From a virus (Duplodnaviria; Caudoviricetes), in IMG/VR virus record IMGVR_UViG_3300050019_000211, positions 1 to 51,893 of that record: 51,893 nucleotides of DNA, one strand, 5' to 3'. A program made the position numbers and the translations under genes. The notes beneath the pieces are model-generated. The model was not told where the DNA came from. It did not search any database and was given only the letters and a program-made list of their open reading frames with translations. Shown here piece after piece: positions 14,414-22,671 of this stretch (the first letter of the stretch is position 1; each line of letters begins with the position of its first letter).

Positions 14414-14582
14414 ATTTTCCCAAAGACAAAGCAACCGGCGATGGTGATCGCGCACACGGCGATGACAAAGATCCGTTGCCGCCGCAATTCCCGGCGCCGC
14501 CGCTCCATAAACAGCCCGTCATCATGGAACCGCCGGCCGTCCGAATAACCAACTATTTTTTTTGTGTTCACATTTAGGTTTA

Positions 14583-14846
14583 TCACAACGTCAATCCGGC
14601 GTTCAAAGCCGCCTGTGCGTAACGGGCCAGTTCCGCAAATAGAATCTGCCGGCCACTGGTGCGGTTGATGCGCAGGGGATCGCCGGGTTGCCGGCGGCAT
14701 TGTTCCCAGAGCCATGTCCGGCCGCGCCCGAGTATTTTGGCCGCTTCCACATCATCTTTGGCCACCAAGCGCCGATGTTTGCGCACCAGTTCCAGCGCCA
14801 GCTTCTCAGCCAAGTCCGCCATGACGCCATGTCCGGTCGCACTCAT
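14583..14846 (-). CDS. putative excisionase-like HTH DNA-binding protein
   Basis: DVEAAKILGRGRTWLWEQ...SGRQIL; ATGA overlap with the upstream gene. Confidence 0.55.
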   Translation of the reverse strand: MSATGHGVMADLAEKLALELVRKHRRLVAKDDVEAAKILGRGRTWLWEQCRRQPGDPLRINRTSGRQILFAELARYAQAALNAGLTL

Positions 14847-15070
14847 GCCGCCCGCGCCTTTTGTTTGTTTTCGGCGTATTGGCGCCGGATGGTTTCAATC
14901 TGGTTTGCCGCATCGTTGTTGTGGGACCGCAACCCGATCAATGCCATGCGCCGAAGAAACTCACCCAGACTGCGGTCGTCCACGAACGCCAGCCGCGCCC
15001 AAATATCCTTCTCGGAGTCCACCAGGTTGACGCCCACATTGCCGGTTCCTTTGCCAAGGGGATTGGTCAT
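14843..15070 (-). CDS. ribbon-helix-helix-like protein
   Basis: NVGVNL strand followed by two helices (DRSLGEFLRRM). Confidence 0.6.
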   Translation of the reverse strand: MTNPLGKGTGNVGVNLVDSEKDIWARLAFVDDRSLGEFLRRMALIGLRSHNNDAANQIETIRRQYAENKQKARAA

Positions 15071-15222
15071 CGCCGGGCCTTTCTTTTTTTGGAAAAATGC
15101 TCCACCAACCGGCGGCAGATGAACTTGCTGAAGCTTAAATCTTCGCTGCGCGCCTGCCTTTTGGCCCGCGCCAAGAGTTTTGGGTGGATGCTGATTCCGG
15201 TTGTTATTATTGGCGATTTCAT
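15067..15222 (-). CDS. ribbon-helix-helix regulator in the Cro-like position
   Basis: MKSPIITTGISIHPKLLARAKRQARSEDLSFSKFICRRL; start taken at ATG 15222. Confidence 0.7.
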   Translation of the reverse strand: MKSPIITTGISIHPKLLARAKRQARSEDLSFSKFICRRLVEHFSKKRKARR

Positions 15223-15234
15223 TGGTTGCGCTGA

Positions 15235-15285
15235 ATCTTGTAAAGACTTTACAAGATCATGCAAGATTCGTCAACTAATATCTTG
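15235..15285. promoter_or_regulatory. operator region of the divergent switch
   Basis: Perfect inverted repeat ATCTTGTAAAG-A-CTTTACAAGAT at 15235-15257, plus further CAAGAT and ATCTTG half-sites near 15262 and 15280. Confidence 0.7.
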
Positions 15286-15319
15286 AATTATTTTTGGGGG
15301 CCGATTATGCTTCAAATAG

Positions 15320-15595
15320 ATGAAGGCAAAATACGTCACAACCGGCATCAGCTTTCCAGACCCGGAACTGATGGCCCGGACGAAAGCAGAGGCGAAGAAA
15401 AGGCGATGGTCTTTCTCCAGTTTCGTCTGCTGGGTGCTGGAGAATTATTTTTCCAGGCATGACGCCGACTTGATCACCCATTCGGCTGACGGCGGATCTT
15501 CGGACAATCATTACAAGGCGAAATCGCTTCTTTTTCAGAAGCCGACATTCGCCCTAGAATGCCTCACCGCTGCCGCTGCCGGCCGAGATGGATGA
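15320..15595 (+). CDS. ribbon-helix-helix regulator in the repressor-like position
   Basis: MKAKYVTTGISFPDPELMARTKAEAKKRRWSFSSFVCWVL; similar to the divergent 15067-15222 protein. Confidence 0.7.
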   Translation: MKAKYVTTGISFPDPELMARTKAEAKKRRWSFSSFVCWVLENYFSRHDADLITHSADGGSSDNHYKAKSLLFQKPTFALECLTAAAAGRDG

Positions 15596-15628
15596 ACAGC
15601 GCCAGGCAGGCGGCAAGCAATGCGGCCT

Positions 15629-16567
15629 TCATGTCAGGATGACGTGGCCTTTCAACACCCTGGCATCGCTGCGAAGGTATGGCTTGTAATAGCCGCGCGT
15701 GAAATATCTATTGAACTCGACCGAGCACCGAGTCACCGTGCCATCGTCACGGTTGGTTTTGAACCGGAGAATGGCTCCGCCCACTTCCATCCTCAATCGC
15801 TTCTTCCGTGTGAAAATATCCTGATCCTTGAACCCGGGCATCCCGATCACGTGGACGTTGCGCTCGACCATGTAATTCCCGACGTGATAATGGCCCTGTA
15901 TCAGGATGTTCGGCTTTTCCCCTCCCTCGAACGCTTCCACTTGTTTTTGAGCCGTGTAACTTCGCGCGTAGGCCGACCCGCCGCCGGGGTGCTGCAATTT
16001 GATGATGGTTGAATGCGCGCCGCCATGTTTCACCTCAATGTCCGATTCGATATGGCCGCAATAAATCAAATCCCGCCGGCCCTGATCCTTTGCCAGATAC
16101 GTCAGGTAGGCGCCGAAGTTGAACCCCTCCTTCATCCACCAGCCCTCGTGGTCATCGCCGGTGATGAAGTATGTCCTGATGTCGGCGCGGGCAGGATAAT
16201 TGTCAATGAAATACTGGCACTGGCCGTCTATGCTGGATTCAAAAACGCTGCCGCCGTTGACCTTGGGGATGTAACCGTCCACCGGGTTGCCGGCGTGAAG
16301 AACGGTGTGGATGCCCTCGGCGGCGAATAAATCATATTGCGCATGAAGCTCTGATAGACGCTCCTCTTTGCAACATAGATGCGTATCGGCAACCAGCCCC
16401 AGGCTGAACCAACCGCCGTCATTCAGCACGCGCACTGGCAGATGCCCAAACTCCGGCTTGGGCAGCTTGGATGCGTGCCGGACCACCGGCGCTATCTCCG
16501 GCTGTTCCTCGCCGTCAATTGTGAATTTTCCAGGCGCGCCACGCCTTGATTGTTTTTGCATTGCCAT
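15629..16567 (-). CDS. calcineurin-like metallophosphoesterase
   Basis: ADTH, HAGN.VDG, TGDDHE, QHP, QGHYH motifs. Confidence 0.85.
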   Translation of the reverse strand: MAMQKQSRRGAPGKFTIDGEEQPEIAPVVRHASKLPKPEFGHLPVRVLNDGGWFSLGLVADTHLCCKEERLSELHAQYDLFAAEGIHTVLHAGNPVDGYIPKVNGGSVFESSIDGQCQYFIDNYPARADIRTYFITGDDHEGWWMKEGFNFGAYLTYLAKDQGRRDLIYCGHIESDIEVKHGGAHSTIIKLQHPGGGSAYARSYTAQKQVEAFEGGEKPNILIQGHYHVGNYMVERNVHVIGMPGFKDQDIFTRKKRLRMEVGGAILRFKTNRDDGTVTRCSVEFNRYFTRGYYKPYLRSDARVLKGHVILT

Positions 16568-16778
16568 AAATCATTAAACGCCCCTGATTGGCTTTGTATT
16601 CGTCCGGCAGGGATGTGCCGATGTGTAGAATGGTTCCTGGACTGATGCCGGCCGCCGATGCCAAACCGACGCGCGTTTTTAATTCTCCATCGGGAAGCTT
16701 TTTAAGCGCCGCAATGCACGCCACAACCGACGGCAATTCGGCTTGAGCCGCGGACTTGCAATCAATTGTAAATTTCAT
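16515..16778 (-). CDS. hypothetical protein (possible HTH)
   Basis: 87-aa ORF with ATGA overlap to the upstream gene. Confidence 0.5.
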   Translation of the reverse strand: MKFTIDCKSAAQAELPSVVACIAALKKLPDGELKTRVGLASAAGISPGTILHIGTSLPDEYKANQGRLMIYGNAKTIKAWRAWKIHN

Positions 16779-17035
16779 GGCGGTTTTGCGCGGGTCCTCT
16801 TTGGTTGCCGCTTTCTTAAAAACTTCCGCTCGTCATGGATGATTGCCGGCGTGCAATCAACAAACTTGATTCCCATCCCCGTCATCATTTCCTCAAAAAA
16901 CTTCACCTTTTCGCTTTTCGTCGGAGCCGCATGACCCAGCACGGGCTGGCCGGGTTGGTCGGAAATAACGGCCGGTTTTTGTGACGGCAACCGCGGCACC
17001 CCCTCTGCATGATTATGTTCCTCGGCGGTGTTCAT
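16775..17035 (-). CDS. hypothetical protein
   Basis: 86-aa ORF with ATGA overlaps on both sides. Confidence 0.55.
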   Translation of the reverse strand: MNTAEEHNHAEGVPRLPSQKPAVISDQPGQPVLGHAAPTKSEKVKFFEEMMTGMGIKFVDCTPAIIHDERKFLRKRQPKRTRAKPP

Positions 17036-17475
17036 GGCTCGTGGCCGTTGATGCGGCCGTTATCGGCCAGAAGCGATACCCGGGCCGCGTTGCGCCGCAT
17101 CGGCAGCGGGCATTCCTTGAGATTGAAATGCCGCCGCTTGAACCCATCAAACCCCAGGTTCCAACATCCGTAAATGTTAGCCGCGCTTGTGGATGTTCCC
17201 GCCCTGAGCAGCCGGCGCTTAATGATGGCGAGGTAGCCATTGGCTGTGTTCTGCGCGCGGATCATACTTTCCTGATCGTTCCCGGCGATGTCTTGGAAGT
17301 GCTCGCCCACGTCAAGAAACTGCCGGTCAGTTCGGGTTCCATAAGCCCTTTTCACGTCCAGCCACGCCGGGCGGTGGATTTGAAAAACAGACACGGCCAG
17401 ACCGCGCTCGTCCTGGTGCGGCGCCGTCCATCGGTTGCCGGTTTCCACAATGGCTATGGCCTGGGTCAAAAGCAT
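17032..17475 (-). CDS. lysozyme-fold protein, putative endolysin
   Basis: QAIAIVETG (candidate catalytic Glu), VFQIH...WLDV, YGCWNLG; start taken at ATG 17475. Confidence 0.7.
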   Translation of the reverse strand: MLLTQAIAIVETGNRWTAPHQDERGLAVSVFQIHRPAWLDVKRAYGTRTDRQFLDVGEHFQDIAGNDQESMIRAQNTANGYLAIIKRRLLRAGTSTSAANIYGCWNLGFDGFKRRHFNLKECPLPMRRNAARVSLLADNGRINGHEP

Positions 17476-17476
17476 A

Positions 17477-17671
17477 TCAGTCTCGATGTGGGTTCCGGTG
17501 CTTTTCCGCGACCCGGGGAAGGCGCTCGGCGCCCAACTCATAAATCCAGCGCACCGCCTCCTCGATGGTCATGCTGGACGGGATCGCTCGTCCGATTTGC
17601 AGCACCGTGCCCTGGGGTCGGCCGCCTTTTTCGGTCCAGATTTTCAGGAATAATGTTTCGGCGGCCGGCAT
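17477..17671 (-). CDS. small hypothetical phage protein
   Basis: MPAAETLFLKIWTEKGGRP...; fills the gap in the operon. Confidence 0.5.
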   Translation of the reverse strand: MPAAETLFLKIWTEKGGRPQGTVLQIGRAIPSSMTIEEAVRWIYELGAERLPRVAEKHRNPHRD

Positions 17672-17675
17672 AATG

Positions 17676-18161
17676 TCATCCGCGGTCCTCTTTGAAGGCG
17701 TGCCAGCCTCCAATCGTCACGCCCTCGTAAATCGCATCCATCTGCAACTTCTCAAATGTGGTCGGGTTTGGCTTGATAGCCTTCATCATTTCGAGCAGCA
17801 GCACATTACATGCGCCTTCCGTGTCCGCGCCCGGAAACGCCAGATGCTTTAAACCATCAGAGTTCACCGCCAGCAACGAATTTTGGAAAGCAGAATCATG
17901 GCCAAGTGCGGGCAGCGACCACCAGCCATAAGGAATCAGAAATAGCGGAGGCCCCCACAGCGCGGGCGGTGCAGAGGCATAATCAGTTGGCTGAAATGGT
18001 GGAATCTCGTAAAGTGTGCCGTCCAAAGACAGATAAAACACCGGCTTTAGCACTTTTGAAATCAGCCTTCCGTTAGCGTCAATCGCATTATAGCTCTGCC
18101 AATCCTGCGACGAGAATTGTCCAGGTGAAAGGTGGTATCCGCAGATTGGAAAGGCATCCAT
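17676..18161 (-). CDS. DUF1353 domain protein
   Basis: IPPFQPTDYASAP...PALGHD...CNVLLLEMM. Confidence 0.8.
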   Translation of the reverse strand: MDAFPICGYHLSPGQFSSQDWQSYNAIDANGRLISKVLKPVFYLSLDGTLYEIPPFQPTDYASAPPALWGPPLFLIPYGWWSLPALGHDSAFQNSLLAVNSDGLKHLAFPGADTEGACNVLLLEMMKAIKPNPTTFEKLQMDAIYEGVTIGGWHAFKEDRG

Positions 18162-18217
18162 ACTTCAACATTGGCCGGGCGTCGGAGGAACGAGCACCCG
18201 GCCATTTTTGGTGGAAA

Positions 18218-18889
18218 TCAGAACTCGCGCAATTGCTGGCTTGGATGCTGATTCAAAGCCACTGTTGACCATGCGTTCGCTTTCTGGTTGGCTGCAAGAA
18301 CCGGAGCCGAATATGTCCCCCAACCGATTCTCAAATAAAGCCCAATCCAATTTCCAGAATACGCCGGGCCAGTTCCAGACTCGTTTCCATAGTAACCGCC
18401 ACCAGAAAAGATGACTGGGTTTTTAGCTACGTTGAGTTGGTAAATGTGCAAGTCAACGCCGGCTCGTGTGGCGTTCATAAGGTTCCCTTGGTTCTGTCCG
18501 CTGAACGGAGTGCCGACGAATGTGCCGACGAATGGACGCGCAAACTTGTTGGTGATTCCGAACAAGTTAAGTGGAGCAATCGCCGTGGACAGTTGTATGC
18601 CAACAGATAAGTTGTAAGAGGCTGCTTGGGCAGCCTTGTTTGGCGTCCACTCTTTTGCCATACCTGCGCCGACAGCAACCATGCTGTTCGCGTTGTAGAA
18701 CCACAAGCCGGCAATCTTGTTCGCGTCACCAGTCAATTTTCGCTCACCGGCGATAACGTAGGTGGCATTTGTTGAGCCAAGCGAATCGTTGTAGATCGCT
18801 GATATGTCAGCCGGAATGCTTTGAGCCTTAACTGATACCCCGCACGCCAGAAGCAGTGCGGCCAATCCGATTGCGATTTTGTTTTTCAT
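18218..18889 (-). CDS. signal-peptide protein, possible beta-barrel outer membrane protein
   Basis: MKNKIAIGLAALLLACGVSVKA; alternating amphipathic strands. Confidence 0.6.
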   Translation of the reverse strand: MKNKIAIGLAALLLACGVSVKAQSIPADISAIYNDSLGSTNATYVIAGERKLTGDANKIAGLWFYNANSMVAVGAGMAKEWTPNKAAQAASYNLSVGIQLSTAIAPLNLFGITNKFARPFVGTFVGTPFSGQNQGNLMNATRAGVDLHIYQLNVAKNPVIFSGGGYYGNESGTGPAYSGNWIGLYLRIGWGTYSAPVLAANQKANAWSTVALNQHPSQQLREF

Positions 18890-19020
18890 GATTTTACGAT
18901 TGCATTTACCGCCAATAGGATGACGGCCACGGCCAGCAATGGCCATGTGGGTTTGATGATTCCGACGACCGCCAGCACAAGTGCGATGACGGGTAGAATC
19001 AGGTGAATGTTATTTTGCAT
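18886..19020 (-). CDS. small two-TM membrane protein (holin-like)
   Basis: MQNNIHLILPVIALVLAVVGIIKPTWPLLAVAVILLAVNAIVKS. Confidence 0.6.
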   Translation of the reverse strand: MQNNIHLILPVIALVLAVVGIIKPTWPLLAVAVILLAVNAIVKS

Positions 19021-19173
19021 TTTTCCTTTCGGTTGTTGTTTTCTTTTTTGTTTTGGACAGCCGTTTCTACACAAGTTCCAGCAGCGCCTCTACTGGAACA
19101 TTAAGCTCAATGTCCATCCACTGTGATCCGCGAGGCAGCGCTATATTGAATATACGTCCTGAAAGTTTCATGG

Positions 19174-19953
19174 TTAAATTCTGTTTGTAAATGTCCACCA
19201 GTCAAATCCGTATTTCAGCATGATTTCGTAACTCATCCACCAATAACCTTGCAAAGCAAATTTTACGCCCCATGAATTTGCGACAAGAAACGCCTGCTTT
19301 GAATCGTCGAAGTCCACTGCCCTGACGGCGTGGCCACCCATCTTCCGCTCGTAGGCTGGTATGGGCATCGGCATGACTCCTGAAGTCTGCCAAGACTTGT
19401 CCTCGAAAGATTCATAGACGGTGAATCCGAAAACAAAATTCCCCTTGTTGGCCAGACAGGTCTTCATATCCGTCAGCGTGTGCAGCGCGTAGTAGCTGCG
19501 AATCGCATTCGGCAGGGCGTCGGTGTAACACTGTTGCGGTGGCTTTGTCAGGGCGTTGAAAAATCCATCACTGTCGCGGTAAGGATATTCATCTTCAGGA
19601 CAAATTCCATATTGCGCGAGTGCCTGAATCGAAGCGCGGAGCGTCGAGCCACTGTCGGTCATCGTGTCACCGTCTATTGAACGAGAATTGTAATACTCAA
19701 ACTGGCGGCTCGGCAACCAGAGCGGAATGCCTTTGACGATTTCGTTAAATTGGATTGCCCCTGAAACCGCGTTTGCCGTGCAAGAGCCTTCAGCCTCTTG
19801 ATCCAGAACAGGCGGGCAGATTGCGCGATTATTTGTTATTGCCGGGAGTGGAGTTGCCGGATCAATTTGTGTTTCACGCACCAGACGTTCAAATCCAAAG
19901 TCGAGGATGTGTTGTGGTGACGGCCGCAGATCGTATTTGTATTGAGTTTTCAT
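19174..19953 (-). CDS. papain-like C1 cysteine peptidase
   Basis: DQEAEGSCTANA (Gln/Cys), GGHAV (His), ANSWG (Asn). Confidence 0.9.
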   Translation of the reverse strand: MKTQYKYDLRPSPQHILDFGFERLVRETQIDPATPLPAITNNRAICPPVLDQEAEGSCTANAVSGAIQFNEIVKGIPLWLPSRQFEYYNSRSIDGDTMTDSGSTLRASIQALAQYGICPEDEYPYRDSDGFFNALTKPPQQCYTDALPNAIRSYYALHTLTDMKTCLANKGNFVFGFTVYESFEDKSWQTSGVMPMPIPAYERKMGGHAVRAVDFDDSKQAFLVANSWGVKFALQGYWWMSYEIMLKYGFDWWTFTNRI

Positions 19954-20153
19954 TTTGTGTTTTTGTCTTTTAGAAAGTGAATGTTATCTGTGCGAACTGG
20001 TGTTAATCCATATTGACCAAGCTTCACGTTTGCCATGTAAAGCCTTTCTTCCAACATCTCAGCAAATTCGTGATGGACGCACGGAGTCATTGTGCCGATA
20101 TGTTTCGCACCCCTTGCACGCTCGGCATTGGTTAATGGTGTCAGGCTGTTCAT
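19950..20153 (-). CDS. hypothetical protein
   Basis: 67-aa ORF with ATGA overlap. Confidence 0.5.
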   Translation of the reverse strand: MNSLTPLTNAERARGAKHIGTMTPCVHHEFAEMLEERLYMANVKLGQYGLTPVRTDNIHFLKDKNTK

Positions 20154-20399
20154 GGTTTCGTAAATCGCCGGGGCAACATAAGTATCATCACGACGGCGAT
20201 GATTCTAGGCGTGAAAAGGCCGACCAAAAAGGAGACGCAAACTATAATAGCTGTTATCATGGCTGTTTCTCCGGCTTCTTCTCTCGTTGTGGAATGAGGT
20301 AGTTATAAATGTCCTCACTGCTCTCGTAGAGAAACTCAAATGAATCATCAATAGGTTCAAGCGTAGTCGTTCCAGGTTCGTATATTGTAAATGTGTCGC

Positions 20400-20774
20400 T
20401 CATATTTTTGTCTCCGACGGAGTGGCCGGCGGAGTGGCCGGTGTTGGTTGAACTACGGGGACAGGAATTGTGACTGGCGCGGCAGCCATCTGAGCGGCGG
20501 TGATTGGTTGTGCCGTAACAGGTGGCACACTTTCTTTTCGGGTTTCCGTTATCACCGTTGAGTCGGGTGTTGTCTCCGATTTAATTTGAGCAAACGTCGT
20601 CGAGCGATACATCTTTACCGCCAAAGCGCCCGCTCCGAGTGAACCGAACGTAACCTTTGCCCAGAATAAAGTTGATGGCTGAAACAAGGTGAACGCCTCA
20701 TCACTTCCAAGTGACGAAGTGATAAATCCAGTCATTGCGATAGCTGCGTAAAGGTATCCATCAAAGTGTTTCAT
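20400..20774 (-). CDS. membrane protein, holin candidate
   Basis: Two hydrophobic segments and a Pro/Thr/Ala-rich tail. Confidence 0.55.
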   Translation of the reverse strand: MKHFDGYLYAAIAMTGFITSSLGSDEAFTLFQPSTLFWAKVTFGSLGAGALAVKMYRSTTFAQIKSETTPDSTVITETRKESVPPVTAQPITAAQMAAAPVTIPVPVVQPTPATPPATPSETKI

Positions 20775-20777
20775 AAC

Positions 20778-21152
<375 letters not shown>

Positions 21153-21176
21153 ATAAGTTGCCCTTTCGTCCTCAAC

Positions 21177-22670
21177 TCACTGGTGTTTCAAAAATGGTAA
21201 AAACTTTATCCCGCCCGACGGCGGTGCAGGCGTATTAGTCACAGACTCATACGCCCCAATCGTCCACGGGCCGGTTGCCGGGCGAGGATTGCCTGCCTTG
21301 TCAACGGTGAAAAGGCTGTAAAAGTTTGCCCCCGCGCCTATGGCTGGACTGGCGGCTTGCAATGTTCCATCGCTGTTGACCAGAGGATTGGCGTTCACGG
21401 TATGAAGCTCGTAACCCAACGATTGCGCTCCCGCCAATGTAGTGTAGCCCTGACTCCCGAAACTTCCAAAACTGTATTCGTAGCCCGACGGCATGTTATA
21501 AATGATGTTGCTATCCATCAGGAGATTCCCAGTTCCGTAATTGGCCATGTAGAATGTCGCCCCACCACTGGAAATGTTTCCCTTGATGGTGTTCACCCCG
21601 CCATTCGTTCCAAAATTGATTGATGCGCTACTGCCTCCATGCAGGAAGGTATTATTCAAGATTTGAATCCCACCAACCCTCCACGCAAAAATCAAGCCGT
21701 CAGCAACCGATTCACCGGGATTGCCCAGAAACAGATTGTTATAGACAAGGATATTGGTAAAGTCGTTCACCGTTTCACAAGACAGATAAATCCCGGCGGT
21801 GCAATAAGGGCCAAGGTCGGGGCCAATGACATTGTCATAAATCTTCATGTCCCGGATTTTGCCCCCCCAGTTTGACCACGGGAAAAATCCATCGTGATGA
21901 TAATAGTTGCCTATCGGGTCATCCCAGTTGGTGAAACTATAATAATGATTTTTTGCAAACACTATATTATAAATGGCCGAGTTGGTGTCTTGATCGGCGC
22001 AATTCATAACCCAGTTGCAGCGGGAAATCGTGTTTCCAATGATTGTGAAGTTAGAGCAAACACCAATATAGGTCACCGTAATACCGGAGCCTGTGTCATG
22101 CATTACACAGTTGCTGACGGTGAAGTCACTGAACGCGTATGGATACACATTGCAATAATTTGCAATGGCAACTCCCTGGGCACCTCCTACCCCTCCCGAT
22201 TGGTCGTTGGTGCTGGTTCGGACATACATATTTTGGATGAGAAGGTTTTGAACTGTCAAATGGCTGGCTGAACTCCCATAGATTCCACATGACCCTGATT
22301 GGTAAGCCAATCCACTGCCCGATGCAGTGGCTTCGATGACTCCGTTTGAACCTCCATCTATGGTGATGTAGTTCTGGGCGTTCACCCGGATCGCACCGAG
22401 CGGCTGGTTGGTGGCACTTAACTTCGCGTTCGGCTCGAAATAGATGGTGATGGGATTTCCAGCCGTGCCGCTTCCGCCAATGGTCAACTGATTTGTTAGC
22501 GTGCCAACGAGATGAACTGTGTCGCCAGCAATTACGTTCGTCCATTGATTCAGTCCATTCAGGTCGTTAGTTCCGGGGAAATTGCCAGATTGAGAAACGT
22601 AGCGGTCTTCCGCTGACAGGTGCAGTGCAGAGGCACATAGGACGCAGAGGATTACGAGAAAATGTTTCAT
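21177..22670 (-). CDS. right-handed parallel beta-helix protein (pectin-lyase-like) with signal peptide
   Basis: GDTVHL, repeated I.NN/N.F turns, HHDGF, C-terminal LQAASPAIGAG...G.PRP....WTIGAYE. Confidence 0.8.
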   Translation of the reverse strand: MKHFLVILCVLCASALHLSAEDRYVSQSGNFPGTNDLNGLNQWTNVIAGDTVHLVGTLTNQLTIGGSGTAGNPITIYFEPNAKLSATNQPLGAIRVNAQNYITIDGGSNGVIEATASGSGLAYQSGSCGIYGSSASHLTVQNLLIQNMYVRTSTNDQSGGVGGAQGVAIANYCNVYPYAFSDFTVSNCVMHDTGSGITVTYIGVCSNFTIIGNTISRCNWVMNCADQDTNSAIYNIVFAKNHYYSFTNWDDPIGNYYHHDGFFPWSNWGGKIRDMKIYDNVIGPDLGPYCTAGIYLSCETVNDFTNILVYNNLFLGNPGESVADGLIFAWRVGGIQILNNTFLHGGSSASINFGTNGGVNTIKGNISSGGATFYMANYGTGNLLMDSNIIYNMPSGYEYSFGSFGSQGYTTLAGAQSLGYELHTVNANPLVNSDGTLQAASPAIGAGANFYSLFTVDKAGNPRPATGPWTIGAYESVTNTPAPPSGGIKFLPFLKHQ

Positions 22671-22671
22671 A

